This document shows, piece by piece, positions 22,685 through 37,600 of a DNA stretch of 64,000 nt. How positions within the stretch are numbered: the stretch's first letter is position 1; the number at the start of each line of letters is the position of its first letter. The position numbers and the translations under genes were made by a program. The stretch comes from Podarcis melisellensis (Eukaryota), in the NCBI GenBank assembly GCA_964234715.1, contig OZ174286.1; one strand, written 5' to 3'. Below the pieces are notes generated by a model. That model had not been told where the DNA came from. It saw only the letters and a list, made by a program, of their open reading frames with translations, and did no database searches.

Positions 22685-25600
22685 ACCCCCTGGGAATGAA
22701 AATGGGGGTGGGGGGTTGGTTTCTTTACAGCCTTTGGGCTGGAGTTCCTTGGGCTAAAGGTGATATTATCAGAGGTGTTACAAAACATACGTTAGGCAGC
22801 ATAGCTAATGATCAGGGTTGGTGAGAACCACAGGGCAATAGGTTCCCCACCCCTGGCGTAAATCATTGTCCTAGCACTATGCTCACCCCAGCTGCAGGAC
22901 TCCTCACTGTGAAACTTCTTTTTTAAAAAACAAACAAACCCTGTTTGCTGCTAGTGTCCTTTTTAGGCTAGGAAGGAATGAGGAACGTGTGGTTGAGTAC
23001 TCTCAACATGGGGAGAAAGGCAGAGAGGACATGCAGGTGCATAGGAACTGAAACTGGGTTTCAAAGCAGATTAGGAACATGGGCAGCAGCCTTCTAGTGA
23101 GTCAAGCCAGTGAGCTACAGCCCTTCCTTGGTTTGAGAAGAACAGGTGGAAGGCGATTAGAATGCCCTTGAAAAAAAGATTTGTTCCAAAACACATTGAG
23201 CCTAATAAATCCTCTTCCTATGTACTTCGGGGTATACTCCATTTCCTTCCTCTGACTGGGGTCTTCCTCACTTCTGAGCACTGCCAGGATACCAGCATCT
23301 TCTGCTATTGTGTTCCTCTCTGCTTTCCTACCCAAAACTCTCTCAGGAGCTCTCTTTGAGTAAGCAACTGGGTCAGGCATGCGAGCTACCTTTAAAATAC
23401 CTTTTTCTCCTAGCCTATGTTTTCTAATGGAGTGTGTATGGGTTTGTTTGGGGTTTTTTTGGTAGGCATGGAGAGGGAGGGAGAAATTCAGCCGTTCAAG
23501 AAAAACTAGCCCCCAGAGCCTAGTTTGTGTGGAACATCTTCTCCAGTCTTGTTTACACGTCACTCAGTTTTACTGCTTCGGTTTTTGATAGGGCTGTTTC
23601 AAGTTAAATTCTTGTAAGAGAGTGCTAACTTAGCTGCGTATTAAGAATTAGACAATCTCATCCAGTCTCTTGAGGAAGCTAATAATTACAGTGAGAACAA
23701 TGCTTTATGGTGCTATTAGTCTAAAGAAATGGAATAGAGGAGGGCCAGGACTCCCTCCGAAGGTCGTGGACTCTCCTTCCTTGGAGGTTTTAGATGTTGG
23801 ATGGCCATCGGTCAGGCATGCTTTAGCTGAGATTCCTGCCTTTCAGGGGGTTGGACTGGGGGGAGGTCCCTTCCTACTCTATGACCTTATGCTCAAAGAT
23901 GCTGCTTAAACTCTCTTCTCCCTGCAAACGTTATTGCAACCTGTGAGGTGAGAGTGTGGTTGCTCACGAAGATAACAGCCAGGACTCCGGCCTGTTTTTA
24001 CAGGTTTTATTGAGTGCAAAACTTATGTACAGTGTAGAAGTCCAAAAACCACGTCTGCCTTAATCGCTAGCAGATTCCGGAAGTGCCTTCTTCCTGTTTG
24101 CCCTCCAGCATAAAAGCCCGGGAAAACCTCCTCTTTTCCTTACGTGAAATTCCCTGGCGAAAACTATGCGACGGAAGAGGCACATCCACTTCCCTGGGAG
24201 TAGTGTCTTGGCTCCCCTCCGCCTGACTGAGCCTTTGCCTCGTCTCCCCCCAACCTTTTCTCTCTTCGTCCGTGTCTCCTGAAGGCTTCTTCTCCCCAGA
24301 CTCTGAGGAAGTGCAGCTGCTCAACAGAGGAGGAGGCTGTCTGTACGTTCCTGTCCCCCCCCCCCCCCCGTGAATGCAGACCCCTGACACAGCCCTTTTA
24401 AACATGGATCATATATTTCATAGGTGGTATGTTTTTGCGCCACTGCTTTGTGTGTGCTAAAATCCTACCCACCTATTCGTAAGCTTTGCTTTTAATAGCT
24501 GTTTCAACAGATCCTGGGAGAGTAACCACAGAATCAGAATGTAACCGACAGCCAGACACATCTGTCATAATCTTCTGAATTACCTAGTAATCAGTTACCA
24601 TTAGAGTTCTGCTGAAAGATACATTGCGCATACACTAGATAAATGGAGGGGTAGATAACCTCTTCCTCCCTCTCCCCTCCCCCTCTCTTTTACAAAGCAC
24701 TGAAAATCGTTTCTTTCTTCCCAACAGACCTCTCCCACTGTCATAACTATCTGCTGGAAATGAGCCAGCTTCTGCAAAGCATGGAAGTTCTCCACAGGAC
24801 ATACTCAGCGCCCGCCATAAATGCCATGCAGGTTAGTTGTGCAAATTGCTACCTCTGTTCGGTCATGCTGCTAGCTCGTGTCAGCTTTCTTCCTAGAGTT
24901 GTGATAAATGCCGTTCTTCTCTTTCCCGTGTGCTGTTCTAAAGGGCATCCCCTTTGAAAGTCCTAAAAAGGAAAAAAGAACACACAGGAGGTGGCGTTCC
25001 CGAGGTCTTAGTAAAGATGCGAAAGGAATGTTGCAGGTAACCAGCCTCTCTTCACCCATCCTCTTCCAGGCTTAGCCTAAAAATGTAGGTGTGGATGAAC
25101 TGGTGAAAACTCATTTTCTCCAATATAATTGACGGTCTTAGTAATTGCTCTCGGTGACAGATGGTGATTCCGTTCTGCTGGTGTGATATAAGCAGAGGGT
25201 GCTGCATTCACTAATCTATTGAGCCTTTCGTTCGCTGAACTTTTGACAGCATAATAAATAACATTTATATCCAAGATTGGCTCCATCCATCTGGAGAATG
25301 CACATTTATTTGGGTTGCTGAGTTTACAGGGGTCTGCAGAAGGGTGAAAGGGGTAGCGCAGTCGTAAGAGTACACACTTTGCATGCATAATATCTCACGC
25401 CAATGCCAAACATTTCCCATTAAAGAATATCTGGTAGTGGCTTCTTAAGCCTTAGAAAGCTGTTGTCATTTTGGGGTAGGGGAACTAGGCTAGTTTTGGT
25501 CTGACGCAGATGAGGCTAGGGATGTCATGCTGGTCAACTGATTGGTCAAATACGATTAATTGGCTGCAGTCCAACATGTTAGGAGCACCCTGTGTGACTA

Positions 25601-28600
25601 ACAGCTTTCTGTTGCATCCCAGTGTCATTTGACAGCAATACAAACAGTGAGAGTCCCTTGCTGTGCAGCCCTGAAGGAATCAGGGCTGAGCATGCGAGTC
25701 CACTCCTCACTTTTGGGAACAACTATTCCTTGACTTCCTGCCTTCTCCCTCACTTTTAAGCAGCATGGGCGAGCTTCTCCTACTAGTCACGTATTGTAAC
25801 CACAGCCATACATTCCAGTAGCAGGTGGGACCAGACCCACACACCATTGCACAACAATAGGTCTGTTTTTATTATTTAAACTTCACTATCATTAGGTCTT
25901 TCAGGAATCCACTGCTTATATTTCAAATCCTGCCCGCAACTTCATATCTGGGTGATACTTTGATAGATAATCCATCAATGGTCCCAATTCCTCCTTAGTC
26001 ATGATGTCCTCTTAGTTTGGCAGTTAATTTCGCCGTTTCAGCCTAGTCCATCAATTTCATAAGCCATTATTCCTTTGAATTGTTTGCGTTTCCTGTGGGG
26101 AGGAAGGGCTTCAAGTGTTCGTTCTTTCATAGTGCTCTATAAAGCTTCTGGGAGGTCCCCTCGTTCTTTGGGCAGCTAGCAAATTCTCTTTATAGCATAC
26201 ATGTTTAAATGCTTGTCTATTATTTGGCCAGTCAATTGACCAAGTTTTATGTTTTTGTTTCATTTTTTTTTATGTTCTTGACCGGTCAAATACCACCCCC
26301 CTAATATACTGGCCAATACGCTTTCTGCCATGTCCGTACTCCAGCCTAGCAATCCCACCACCCCTTACCTTTTCCTTCCCCATACCTCCAATCCTCTGAA
26401 TTCAGCAAGGCATTTAATGAGGAGCATGAGCACATCCTTTCAGGTGAGTGATTGACAACTTCCTCCGCAGCTTAGGTGGGGACTTTCTGATAGAGAGCAG
26501 GAAGCTTGTTTATAGCTAGGAAAGGAGACAGTTGAACTGAGGGGGGGGGTTGCATAGATCAACATAGGAAGGGAGGATCGAATCCTGGACCAGAAAAGAG
26601 AGTTGAATGGTGTACTCTGTAATCACCTTTTAAACATGAGTTAATTGACATTTGTGATGGGTATTGGCATGGCCTCAAATTAACCTCATGTCCCCCCCCC
26701 CAATGCACAAGCAAATCCCACAGTACTTACACTTATTTAATGTTACAAAGAGTCTGTAAAGAACATAGAAAGGATCGCATTAGGCCCAAGCACATGGCTT
26801 GGCATTTCCTGTTTCAATTGTAAGCTGCTGTGGGCATCTGCTTGTGAAGTGGGGAATAAGTTTTGTTAAATAAATCAAGAAATAAGGAGAAGGGAAGGAA
26901 GAGATCAAGGGGTGGTAAGTAAGTAGTGAGGCTAAGGAAGGGGGAAAGCGAGGTGTGGTATAGCCGTTGTTCCCAGTGATGCTGTGATTGTTCAACCACG
27001 GTTTTGCCTGAAAATGTGGGTATTGAGGGAGAAGAAAGTGAAGGTGTTCAAGGAATAAGGAAGTTCCCAGGCGAAGGAGGCAGAAGGAAATTGTTGGCAA
27101 ATGACTGGGTAGAATGGAGTGAGCAAGTGAAGGAACTATAATTGTGGATAAGGAGCAGGAGAGTTTTCAGGGTGAGGTCTAGGGAAGGAAACTGGAGCAG
27201 AGGATTCAGGATAGAGTGGATAACTTAATGGAAAGAGAGTAGCTCAGCATCGATTTTTCTGAGCAATCTGAAGTGAGAAGAGAAACAGCAGGAAGGAAAG
27301 CTTCAATGCGGAAGGTGCAGAGATGAAGAGCACCACTTGAAATGCTCAAGCAAAACTTCAAAACCCTTAACTAAGGGTTTGGGTAAGCTCCACGGACAAA
27401 TCTGTGGCGTAAAATGGGGGTGCAGTAGGGTACGGGGGGTTCTTCTGGTTTGCGAGTGGCAATGGTCTGTTTCAGATCAATGTCTTTCCCTTCCTTTCTG
27501 AATCTTGAATGTAAGTTGCTGGCAAGCTGGAACCTTTTGTACTAATATCGCACCGCTGGTGTGTGTTCCTTATAGGTACCAACTGTTCTTTCTGCTCCAT
27601 TGAGACTGCACGCTTCCAACCCCAATTTATCCACATTAGATTTTGGCGAAGAGAAAATTTACTCTAATGGTTCCGAAACAACATCGGAATTCTCTAAAAT
27701 GCAAGAGGACTTGTGTCACATAGCACACAAAGGTAAATGGGATTTTGCTCAGTGTCAATTTTTTTTAAAAAAACCAACAACATGGAAGTTAGAGGTGGGG
27801 TTTGTGAGAAATCCAGTAAAAAAGTGATGTGCGGTTAATGTTGTAAGAATTCAGATGCTTTTAAAATGCCTCTTGCACAATGAGTTATCAAAGTATGGAA
27901 TTGTGATTTGAGCTTTGGACTTTCTTTTGAGCAGCTTGAACCAGACTAATTATTGTTTCTTTCAGCCTTATCTGAATTAATGCATAACTTTATGTATGCG
28001 CACATATTAAGGAGGCATCTAGAAAAGAACGCTCAGGTCCATTTTGCAAATCCTTCCCATTCATCAAAATTCTCTGAAGCTGGCCTTCATCCAACACCCC
28101 TCATGAATAGTTGTGGCAATCTAATCCATTTTTGAACTGTTTATGTAAGTCTAGGGAATCTTCTAACCTGAAGAGCAGTTGTGAAAGCCTTTATCTGAAA
28201 ATGCAGCTGCATATTGCATCTGGTTTATGTGTACAGATGTTGAATGTAGCTTCCTGAATTTTAGAGTTGGCATTTGTGATGTAAGGGGGTTGCTATGGTA
28301 GTAACCTATTTTTAGTGGATGCAGAAGAGAGGGGGGGGGTCATTTTAAGGCGCTATGAGGCCAGCTCAAGCTGGCACTAGTCAGCCCTTTTGCAAGATTA
28401 ATAAATAAACCAGCAGCTCACACTTTATTAGTATGTCTGCTAAATCGTGCCATCTGTATTCATTTTAACAGTGTTCTAGTAGCAAAGGGAAAGGGAACCT
28501 TGGAAATGACAGAGATAATTATTCAAGTCTTTTATAAAAAGGATTTTTTTAAAAAACACATTTCATTAATCACAGAAAATATTCCGTGACCTCACACCTT

Positions 28601-31600
28601 ACACCATCTTGTTTGTAGGTAAAACTTTGGCTTTTTGAAGCTGCTTTAAATCCCCATGTTGCTTTGTATGATTAAATCCATTATTTAGTTCAGGCTTTGC
28701 TTAGGGTTAGGTGTGAAGCTGTGTTTGTGCAGAATCACAGAACTGTAGAGTTGGAAGGGAACCCCAAGGATCATCAAGTCCAACCCCCTGCAGTGCAGAA
28801 ATATTTTCCGCCAACAAGGGACTCAAAACCACTGCCTAGAGATCGAGAGTCTCTTGCTCTACCAATTGAGCTATCCCAGCATAGGGGAACATGGGTGGCG
28901 CTGTGGTATAAACCACTGAGACTCTTGGGCTTGCCGATTGGAAGGTTAGTGGTTCAAATCCTCGCAACGGAGTGAGCTCCCATGGCTCTGTCCCAGCTCC
29001 TGCCAACCTAGAAGTTTGAAAGCACACCAGTGCAAGTAGAAAAATAGGTACCGCTGTGGCAGGAAGGTAACCGGTGTTTCTGTGCGCTCTGGTTTCTGTC
29101 ACGGTGTTCCGTTGCACCAGAAGCGGTTTGATCATGTTGGCCACATGTCCCAGAAAGCTGTCTGTGGAGAAACGCCGGCTCCCTTGGCCTGAAAGCGAGA
29201 TGAGTGTCGCACCTCATAGTCGCCTTTGACTGGACTTAACCATCCAGGGGTCCTTTACCTTTACTTGTCATCAGCATAATGATGAAATACTTAATTATGC
29301 ACCCAGAGAAGCCATGCCTCAGAGGTATCTTGGTTCCTCCTGCTGCCGTCCCTCCCTGTATCGTTGTTAGTATATATTTCTGGTCTGTCCCTCTTACAAA
29401 GGATTCAGGTTAACACATTCATATAAGGACTGAAACTGTGACCTAGAGCCCTGTAGCTGTCATTACATGGTGACTTTGAACATTGACTTCAGCTGGGAAA
29501 AGTGCCCAATGACAAGGTTACAATTAAGCAATGGGTAGTTACGTCATGCAGGCCCACCATTAGCTGGTGTTACATATTTCCTGGTATCTTGCAGTGATAA
29601 CATGTCAAGTTATTTTTTGCTCAAGGCTGTAGATGTACATAAAGACTCTCCTCCCTGCAAGAGAGGGGAGTGGTTGTGGGCGGGAGCCTGAGCTCCGCCC
29701 CTAGCAGGGGGCGTTAGCCCCCTGCCTTCACCTCACCTGGCTGGCGCCCACGCCCCTCAGCAGGCATCCAACCAGGTGTCTGAGGGGGGGCGTGTTCAGC
29801 AGCCTTTTGCTGCGGCGACAGCCTTCGCCCAGCCTCATTCTTCGTCCTCTCACCACGAGTCATATTTCCTGGTATCTTGCAGTGATAACATGTCAAGTTA
29901 TTTTTTGCTCAAGGCTGTAGATGTACATAACATGAAAATAACTAACCTAACCCTGAGCTTTGCATTCCTTACTTCCTGTTCATTTGTATTCTGTTGTTTA
30001 GAAAATGAACACACCGAAGATCAGTGCTCTTAAAACTCATTTCAGTTTAGGTGCTTACTGCTTTTTATATTGTTGAGAAGCAGCCTGGTGCAGCAGTTCA
30101 TATTGGACCTAGGCTCCAATCCCCGCTCGGCTGCGATATCTCAGCTTAACTCTATCCCACAGAGGATAGAGTGGGATAACTCCAAATACTGTATAGTGCC
30201 AAATACAGATACAAAAGTTATTAGATCAGTAGAGAAGCTTTGCAAACAAGCCCAGAAAAGTTACTAAGCTGCAGTTCTATTAGCCTTCTAAGAAGCCTAG
30301 TGCCTAGTGGTGTGTCAGGGGCAGCAGGCCTGAGAGCCAGTGTGGTGTAGTGGTTAAGAGCAGTAGTCTCATAATCTGGGGAACCGGGTTTGCGCCTCCG
30401 CTCCTCCACATGCAGCTTCTGGGTGACCTTGGGCCAGTCACACTTCTCTGAAGTCTCTCAGCCCCACTCACCTCACAGAGTGTTTGTTGTGGGGGAGGAA
30501 GGGAAAGGAGAATGTTAGCCGCTTTGAGACTCCTTAAAGGGAGTGAAAGGCGGGATATCAAATCCAAACTCCTCCTCTTCTTCTTCTTCTTCTTCTTCTT
30601 CTTCTTCTTCTTCTTCTTCTTCTTCTTCTTCTTTGTAAATCAGTTGCTGGGATTCACATGGGGTGAAAGCACTGTTGCACCCAGGTCCTGCTTCCAGGCT
30701 TCCCCTTGGCTGTCATCTTGTGCTGGACTAGATGGGCCTTTGGTCTGATCCATCAGAGAGAGCTCTTCTCATGCTCTGAGGTTTTTAAATTGTGGATTTC
30801 CCGCTGTTTTGAAAATTGTGCGAAGCCGCAAGATAAATGAATAGTAGATTGCATTTCCATACTGTCCGTAGAAGACGGAAAACCATCTCTTCTCTAGCCC
30901 GCATGGAAACTTGAGCTACCAATTGCAAAGGAGGGATGGATTGCTCTGTCTCTTGTGTCAGCTCTTGCATTTCCCTATTGACCACCGAGGGAACAGGCTG
31001 GTGGGCTGGAGCGATTTGTTGCTTCTCTGCTAGCCTGCTCACTCACCTGCATGAAATTCATTAAAGCTGCCAAGTGAGTAATTAAATGCAAAGCTTATCT
31101 GGTCATGAGCAAATAATCATAATCATTGCCCTCGGTTGCATTAGATTGTGGATTTGGTGTGTGTGTTTATTTTATGAATCTGTATCCCCCCCCCTTTTGC
31201 ATTAAAATCTTGCAAAGCACTTTGCTTTGTATTTATGTAATCAGCAACAGAAATGTTTTCATTCTCGCTTTTTGCCATGCTGTGTTTGTCTCTCCAGCTG
31301 CTCTTCTGCACACATTTTGCCCTGGTGTCATTTCTGTAACTTTGACTATTTTCTATAGTGTACTTCACCTTAAAGTCGGCTTTCAGTACGATCTCGACGG
31401 AGAGAGAGAAGCTGCAGCAGATGTTTGAACATGATTCAGCCTCATCTCCATCTGCGCAAATAGCTGGACTGAAGAATGCCTTATCATCTGTAAGTGACCC
31501 ACATTGATCGCTCTGATGTTCAGAGGCATGCCTCATAAATCACTTGCTTATCTCGTCTTGGTTTGATCTTTGCCTGTGTTTACAACTCACTGAAATAAGA

Positions 31601-34600
31601 CCGATGGAATGCCATCGAATGCATGAGGAGCCTTTCGTGTCCTGAACCTTTTGATGTGTGCATATTCATTTCTTTCAGTCATGAGTTGTCAATCATTGGA
31701 GTGCCAGTTTACATATGAACAACCTTGTATGCCTAAGGGGTGTTCACAGGAGACACGATGTTTGTCTGTGTGCTGCACATACAGATTTATGTTGCAGACC
31801 CCTAAACCAACCTTCCCCAGCTTGGGGTCCTTGAGATATTTTGGACTATAAATTATGCCGGCACAGCTAATAGTTGAGGATCATGGGAGTTGTGGTCCAA
31901 AACAACTTGAGGGCACCTGGTTGGGAAAGACTCCTCTACGCATTGTGTGGGCAGGTCTTGCATCTTCAGCAATGTTGCGTCCCAAGTGCTTTCCTTTTTC
32001 CTCGTGGGAATGAACGATAGCCTTTCTGCTACATGGCGGAATGAGAAGTAGAGTAGTTGAAAGCAACAATAAGGGCTACTTGAGACATGAATCTGATTAT
32101 GTCCAGAGTGTGTTCCCAACACACTTAACCGCGGCTCGGATTTTAGCCCTTTTTTCTTTGCTTTATATAGTTCATTGAGAGATACTGAGAACTATCTGCA
32201 TAGCTCTGGTGTGTGTTCTACTTCTTGGCTGAATGCTATTTTTCTGGGCCATGGGATCAGGTGACAGAACTCAAGGCAGCTTTATAATGCACAGGGATAT
32301 TTTTTTTTGGGGGGGGGGGTAAAGTAGACTAAACCAAGCGTCTCCATTGTTGGAATCCATCTGTCTCAAGAGACAATGGAGTGCACCTCCAGGGGTGAAG
32401 TTAAACTGCTGGAGAATCACAGCGCCTGTTGTGGCTGCTGAGACCAGTTACTCATAACTGCTGCCTCCAACATTGTTTTTGCTGTGTTAGCAGCACTGAA
32501 GTGAGCACAAGCCTGGGCAGAGTGTATGGAGGTCCTGGGCTGTCCAAATGGCAAGATCCTGCCCCCCGGCATCGCTTGTGGGCCAAAGGAAAGCAGAGCA
32601 ATACATTTGGCATCAACTTGGCTACAGGAGTTGGAAGAAGGAGACGTACAAGGCACCATCCAACCGTCTTAGGGACGCCACTCCAGATTTGTGTAGGGTT
32701 TACTCCTTAACCCTTTCTTCTCCCTAAAATATCCCACAAGGCAGTGGGTAGAGATTTTTCCTTAGGGTTTACTCCCAAATCCTTTCTCACCAATGAGTAT
32801 AGCTGCAAAGCAAGTGGAGGTTTAGGTTCAGAGTTCTCCTACTCCTCCCTGATACCAGGTGTATCAGTGATGGCTTTTTCAGCCCATGGCCAAGATGGGT
32901 AGTGGGCTCTTGCTCACTCTTCCACAGTCTTCATGCAGAGGCTGGATTATGGAGGATACTCAAACTCTGGATTTTCTGCATTGAGCACTAGAGGCCGCCT
33001 ATAACTCGAAGACTCTAGGCAAGCAATATGTGGGCATTGTATAAATATTAATAAACTTATTCAGTACCTATAAAGTAGTTTTTAGAAATTGTGAGGAATT
33101 AGTCAACAACAGATTAAACTGAGTATTTCTCAAAGTTCATGTAGGTGTAGTTCATTTTTAAAATAATAATAATATAATAATTTATTATTCATACCCCGCC
33201 CATCTGGCTGGGTTTCCCCAGCCACTCTGGGCAGCTTCCAACCAAATATTAAAAACAATACAGCATCAGACATTAAAAACTAAACAGTTGTTTATTGCCT
33301 TGACATCTGCTGGGAGGGCATTTCATAGGGCAGGCGCCACTACCAAGAAGGCCCTCAGCCTGGTTCCCTGTAACCTCACTTCTCGCAGCGAGGGAACCGC
33401 CAGAAGGCCCTCGGCGCTGGACCTCAGTGTCCGGGCTGGATGATGGGGGTGGAGACGCTCCTTCAGGTATACAGGACTTAGGCCGTTTAGGGCTTTAAAA
33501 GGCTGTTTTACTTTTATTGTGAAGATTTTTTAGTGTGTGCCCTGTCTGCAGCGCTATGTGTTGGGTAGAATGCACTTCACACTTTCTTTCTTTTTGTGAT
33601 AACAAAATCAGGCGAGGTTTTTGCTAACTTGATGCTACTGCCACTAAACAAGCCGGAGCTTAAAAACCGGATTACTCTTCTTCCTTGGATGCTCAGTGAC
33701 ATTCCAGCATTCACCTGCTCTCCTTGCTCGGTTCTCTTGGCAAACCTACGATGTTGGCTTACAGCTTAGGTCCTGCGTTGGAAACCAGCCTGAGACCTGG
33801 GGAAGATGAGAAGATGACTTACCGTTTTATGTATTTTTATTACGTGCGTGGCTTTCTTCCCAGGAGGCATCTCAAAGTGATTAGCAGTGAAGTTTGGCTT
33901 TTGAATACCTTCTGCTTGGGCTGTCTGTGATGTGAGTCATCAGGTTAAGGGTTGTTAGCTTTGACAGGGGAGAGAACGGCATCTGCTGCTCTCCTAGGTT
34001 AGAACATATGGTGTGCACTTGTAGTTGGAAGGCAGGAATGAATCAAGGACCGGTTAACTTGACAGAAATGCATATTCAACTGGAGTAGATGCAGGGTGGC
34101 AGCTACTGCTCATTTGGTAGTTGCTTTCTGAACACTTTTAAGGTTGCAAGCATTTGGATTTTTCTGCACCTTAGGCCTCTGCATGGAGCAGGATGAACTG
34201 GTAGGATCCTGTAGAGCCAGCTTGAAGGGGTTGGGCCGTTTTTCATGCTCCCCTTAGGTATGTCATTGAAGCAAATTTAAAAAACCAAGTACATCAGGAA
34301 AAGGGGTTCTAGACCAGTCCTCTAGTTTTCTGCTGGCTTGAAAATGGTTGTGCAGAGAAGAACATTTTTTAAAAAAATAGCACTCCCTATCTGAAGGGAT
34401 GCTGTGCATTTATCACTTCATGACTCTTATTCCCTCTTTATGCTGCCGCATTTATAGGCCAGGCATGAATCGGAGAGCATCACTTCCTAGCACTAGTTCA
34501 AGTTCAGTTTCTTAGCCATTTTAGCCACTGACTTTTGTAAAGATGGATGAGAAAACGGCAACAAGCAACATTAAAATTTTTCTCGCTTTCTGGAATAAAA

Positions 34601-37600
34601 ACAGCCCTAGAGTGCATAAAAGTGTTACTGTATGTACAGGAAGATTACTGTTCTTCAAAGGTCCCACGAAATCGAATTATAAAATCATTTTAAAACACAG
34701 TACTATTAAATCCCACAGCAAAGTAACCGTGCACTAATGCTGCGTCCCATTTGTCTGGCTTAAATATTATGCATCCTGCAGCTCTTGATTGCTGTACACT
34801 CTTGTTCTGGATACAATACCTTGGCTTTTGTGAAGAGCTTTAAAAATTTTCGTAGAATAAAAACTCAGGCTGTGCCAAACTATTCAGCCATATTTTACGG
34901 AACTCTGTTGGAAGTACAACCTTTCAGCTGCCTGTTTCTCCTTTCAGCTCTGCCCAGCCTTGGCAAGCTGGTATTTGTGCCTGAACCAGCAAAATGCACA
35001 GGGGTTGTCAGTGGCAGATGGTTTCTCCCCCAAAGCAGGAATGCTGCAAGTCCCACACAGACTTATTAAGAAACTTCTTTCTGCTCTGTCTTATCAAAAG
35101 CTTCTCTACTAAAGCTCCACCCATAGGTAGATTCTGTGAGCCATAATAGCTAAATTGAGCTTCTAAGATCAGGAGCATTATGTCTGTAGAGAGGAGCAAC
35201 AGTGAGCGTGGAACTAGATATGATTTGCCTAGGCCCTAGGACAACTAGTGATGTGAGAATATTCTCCGGACAACAAAGCAGGAACAAGGCATGGGTGGAT
35301 TTCAAACCCCGAGCAGTTATCACTCTCTTCCCTGCCGTTTGTTGCAGTCGGACATGCTCTGGAGTGATTTCCTCTCTCCTGCGCCTTTCTGTACAAGAAA
35401 AAGGAGTTCAGGCAGTGTTATGAAGCAATACTGCAGACATTTTTCCCTGCAACATGTCATGTAACTTAACGGAATTCACAGCCACGAGGCACAGTGATGA
35501 AGTCCTACCAGGAAATGTTGTTTCATACCACATGTGTTTCCTGAATGTTTTAACACTTGGTGTTTGGTGCTGTCTATTTAAGACACTCGGTCAAGAAGAT
35601 TTCGTTGGTTTGTTTTTCTCTGTCCAAACATAATGGGAGGAAAGATGAGCACCTTCTTTTTCTTTCTTATCTCAGAAAAGAGTATTATATTCTTCCTTCT
35701 CTTACTCTTTCACAAACAAAGTCTGCCATTATTGAGACAGTAGTAACTGGAAACCTTGCCAGATACCTGTTGGTGCTGATCCTGAACACTCTAGCCTGCA
35801 CACAAACATACCCAAAGTGCACTCCTATTCTTTCCTTTCTCCTTGGTTCATAGTAGCTATAGCTTGTCAGTGCGACCAGCTCAGTTACCGTCAACAATGG
35901 TTTACCTCCGAAGTGGTTTGGGAGTCCAAAACTGGCCTTGGAATACTGTTTCAAGCTGCTGAACGCGCCTTATTGCAGCTTGTTTTTTGGCCATGTAAAC
36001 ACATGCAGACAGTGTTTGGTCTGACAAGTCACAGACAAGAAATGGCCTTGAAACACCTGGATGTATTCCTAGAAGAAATATTGACTATAGCTAAACGTTT
36101 CCAGGAAATGCTAGGGAGGAAGTGCTTGGCAAAAAAGGTGTAAACACGGTTGACCCTGCCAAATCCCCCTAGGAACAAGAGGATACAATTCAAAAGTAGT
36201 TAATGAAAGTGGTCCTCTGGCATTATTCCCAGCCACATAGGAAAGATTTGATGCCTGATGAGAAATGGATGCTTGGATTACCGGCGTAGGGAAGGAGACC
36301 CATCCCCCTTAACTACTGACTTGTTTCGAAGGCAGCAGAAGGAAGGGCTGTGATTTTGCTCAGGGAAATGGAGTGTGTTGGGTTTCATGTTGGGCGCTCA
36401 ATAATTCTAATACTCTGGTAAATGTTAGGTGTACTTTTAGCTCTTTCTACCCAAAGAACTATCACAGTTCAGTAAATAGAACTGGCACCAGCCAGGGAGC
36501 CAAAGTCCCTGTTCACTGCTGGACAGTTTTGACAGATTTTAAAACATATTTTAAATTGTGTGTGTCTGGGGGGCAGGGGCAGGTATTGATAGAAGAATGC
36601 GGTATCTTGATTTACAAGTGTTAAAGGAGGGCTTCAGCATTGCCTCCACATTCATATCTTCTTGTTGACATCTAAGGTTATTAAAAGCCTGAAACAACAA
36701 ATGCCATGGCATTTTCCTTTGCCGCTTCTTTAATAGCAACATCGAGTTCCTTTGAAATTTCATTCTGTATATGTAAAAGTGCCTAAAGATGGGACACGAG
36801 ATAGAGTGGGCGAAAGAGTGAAATTTATTATCTTGAGAAGAGTATGGAGCATCTCCAACTATCTCAAAAATAAAATAAAATATGGAGACAAGATGGGGAT
36901 CCTCTGACCCATGAGCGGAATGCTTTCCATCCAGCCACCAGGACTCAACTCCCTTCAGGCTACTGAGAGAAAGGAAAAGCAGGGGCCTGATGATAATAAT
37001 AATAATTCTTATTATTCAAAAAGTGAACTCCTATTCACATGGAGGAAGCCTAAAAGACCATTAACTGTTAATAACTCATTCTCGAATTCCCCCCCCAATC
37101 AAATTGCCCCTCTGTGGAGCGTGTGCCCCACATTGGGAACCACGGGAGTAGATGGTGGATCAAGGGGGTGTTCTTGTGAATGTGAGAGATGCCCACATTT
37201 GACTCCACCCTGGGATCCAGCCCCTGACACATTTCCCCTGAGCTAAGATTAGTCTGTAGCTGAATATAGATCAGACCACATTAATGGGCCATTTAAGGTT
37301 GCCAGGTCCTAAACTGACCAACTTGAGAGCCCAGGGGATTTTAGGACTACACATTGGATAATAGCATGGCTTGCAGCCACAACATGTTGTTGTTTTTTTA
37401 ATTAATTTGTGTGTGGGGGGGGAGTGATTTGCGTCAGGACTAGTGCCCAGGGAGAAAAGGTTTAACCCTCCTCTCCTCAGCCAGGACCCTGCTGTTATGA
37501 TCCTGTTGTGGCAGTGAGTCTGAAGGTCTTCCTGGTGCCAGTGGGAGTTTTTTCCCACTCTTGCAGCACGTGGGTCACTTTTCATCAAGTAGGATTAAAC

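Noticed and set aside
28808-28880. tRNA-like sequence
   Set aside because: Degenerate and fused to a CR1-like tail, so a SINE head rather than a tRNA gene
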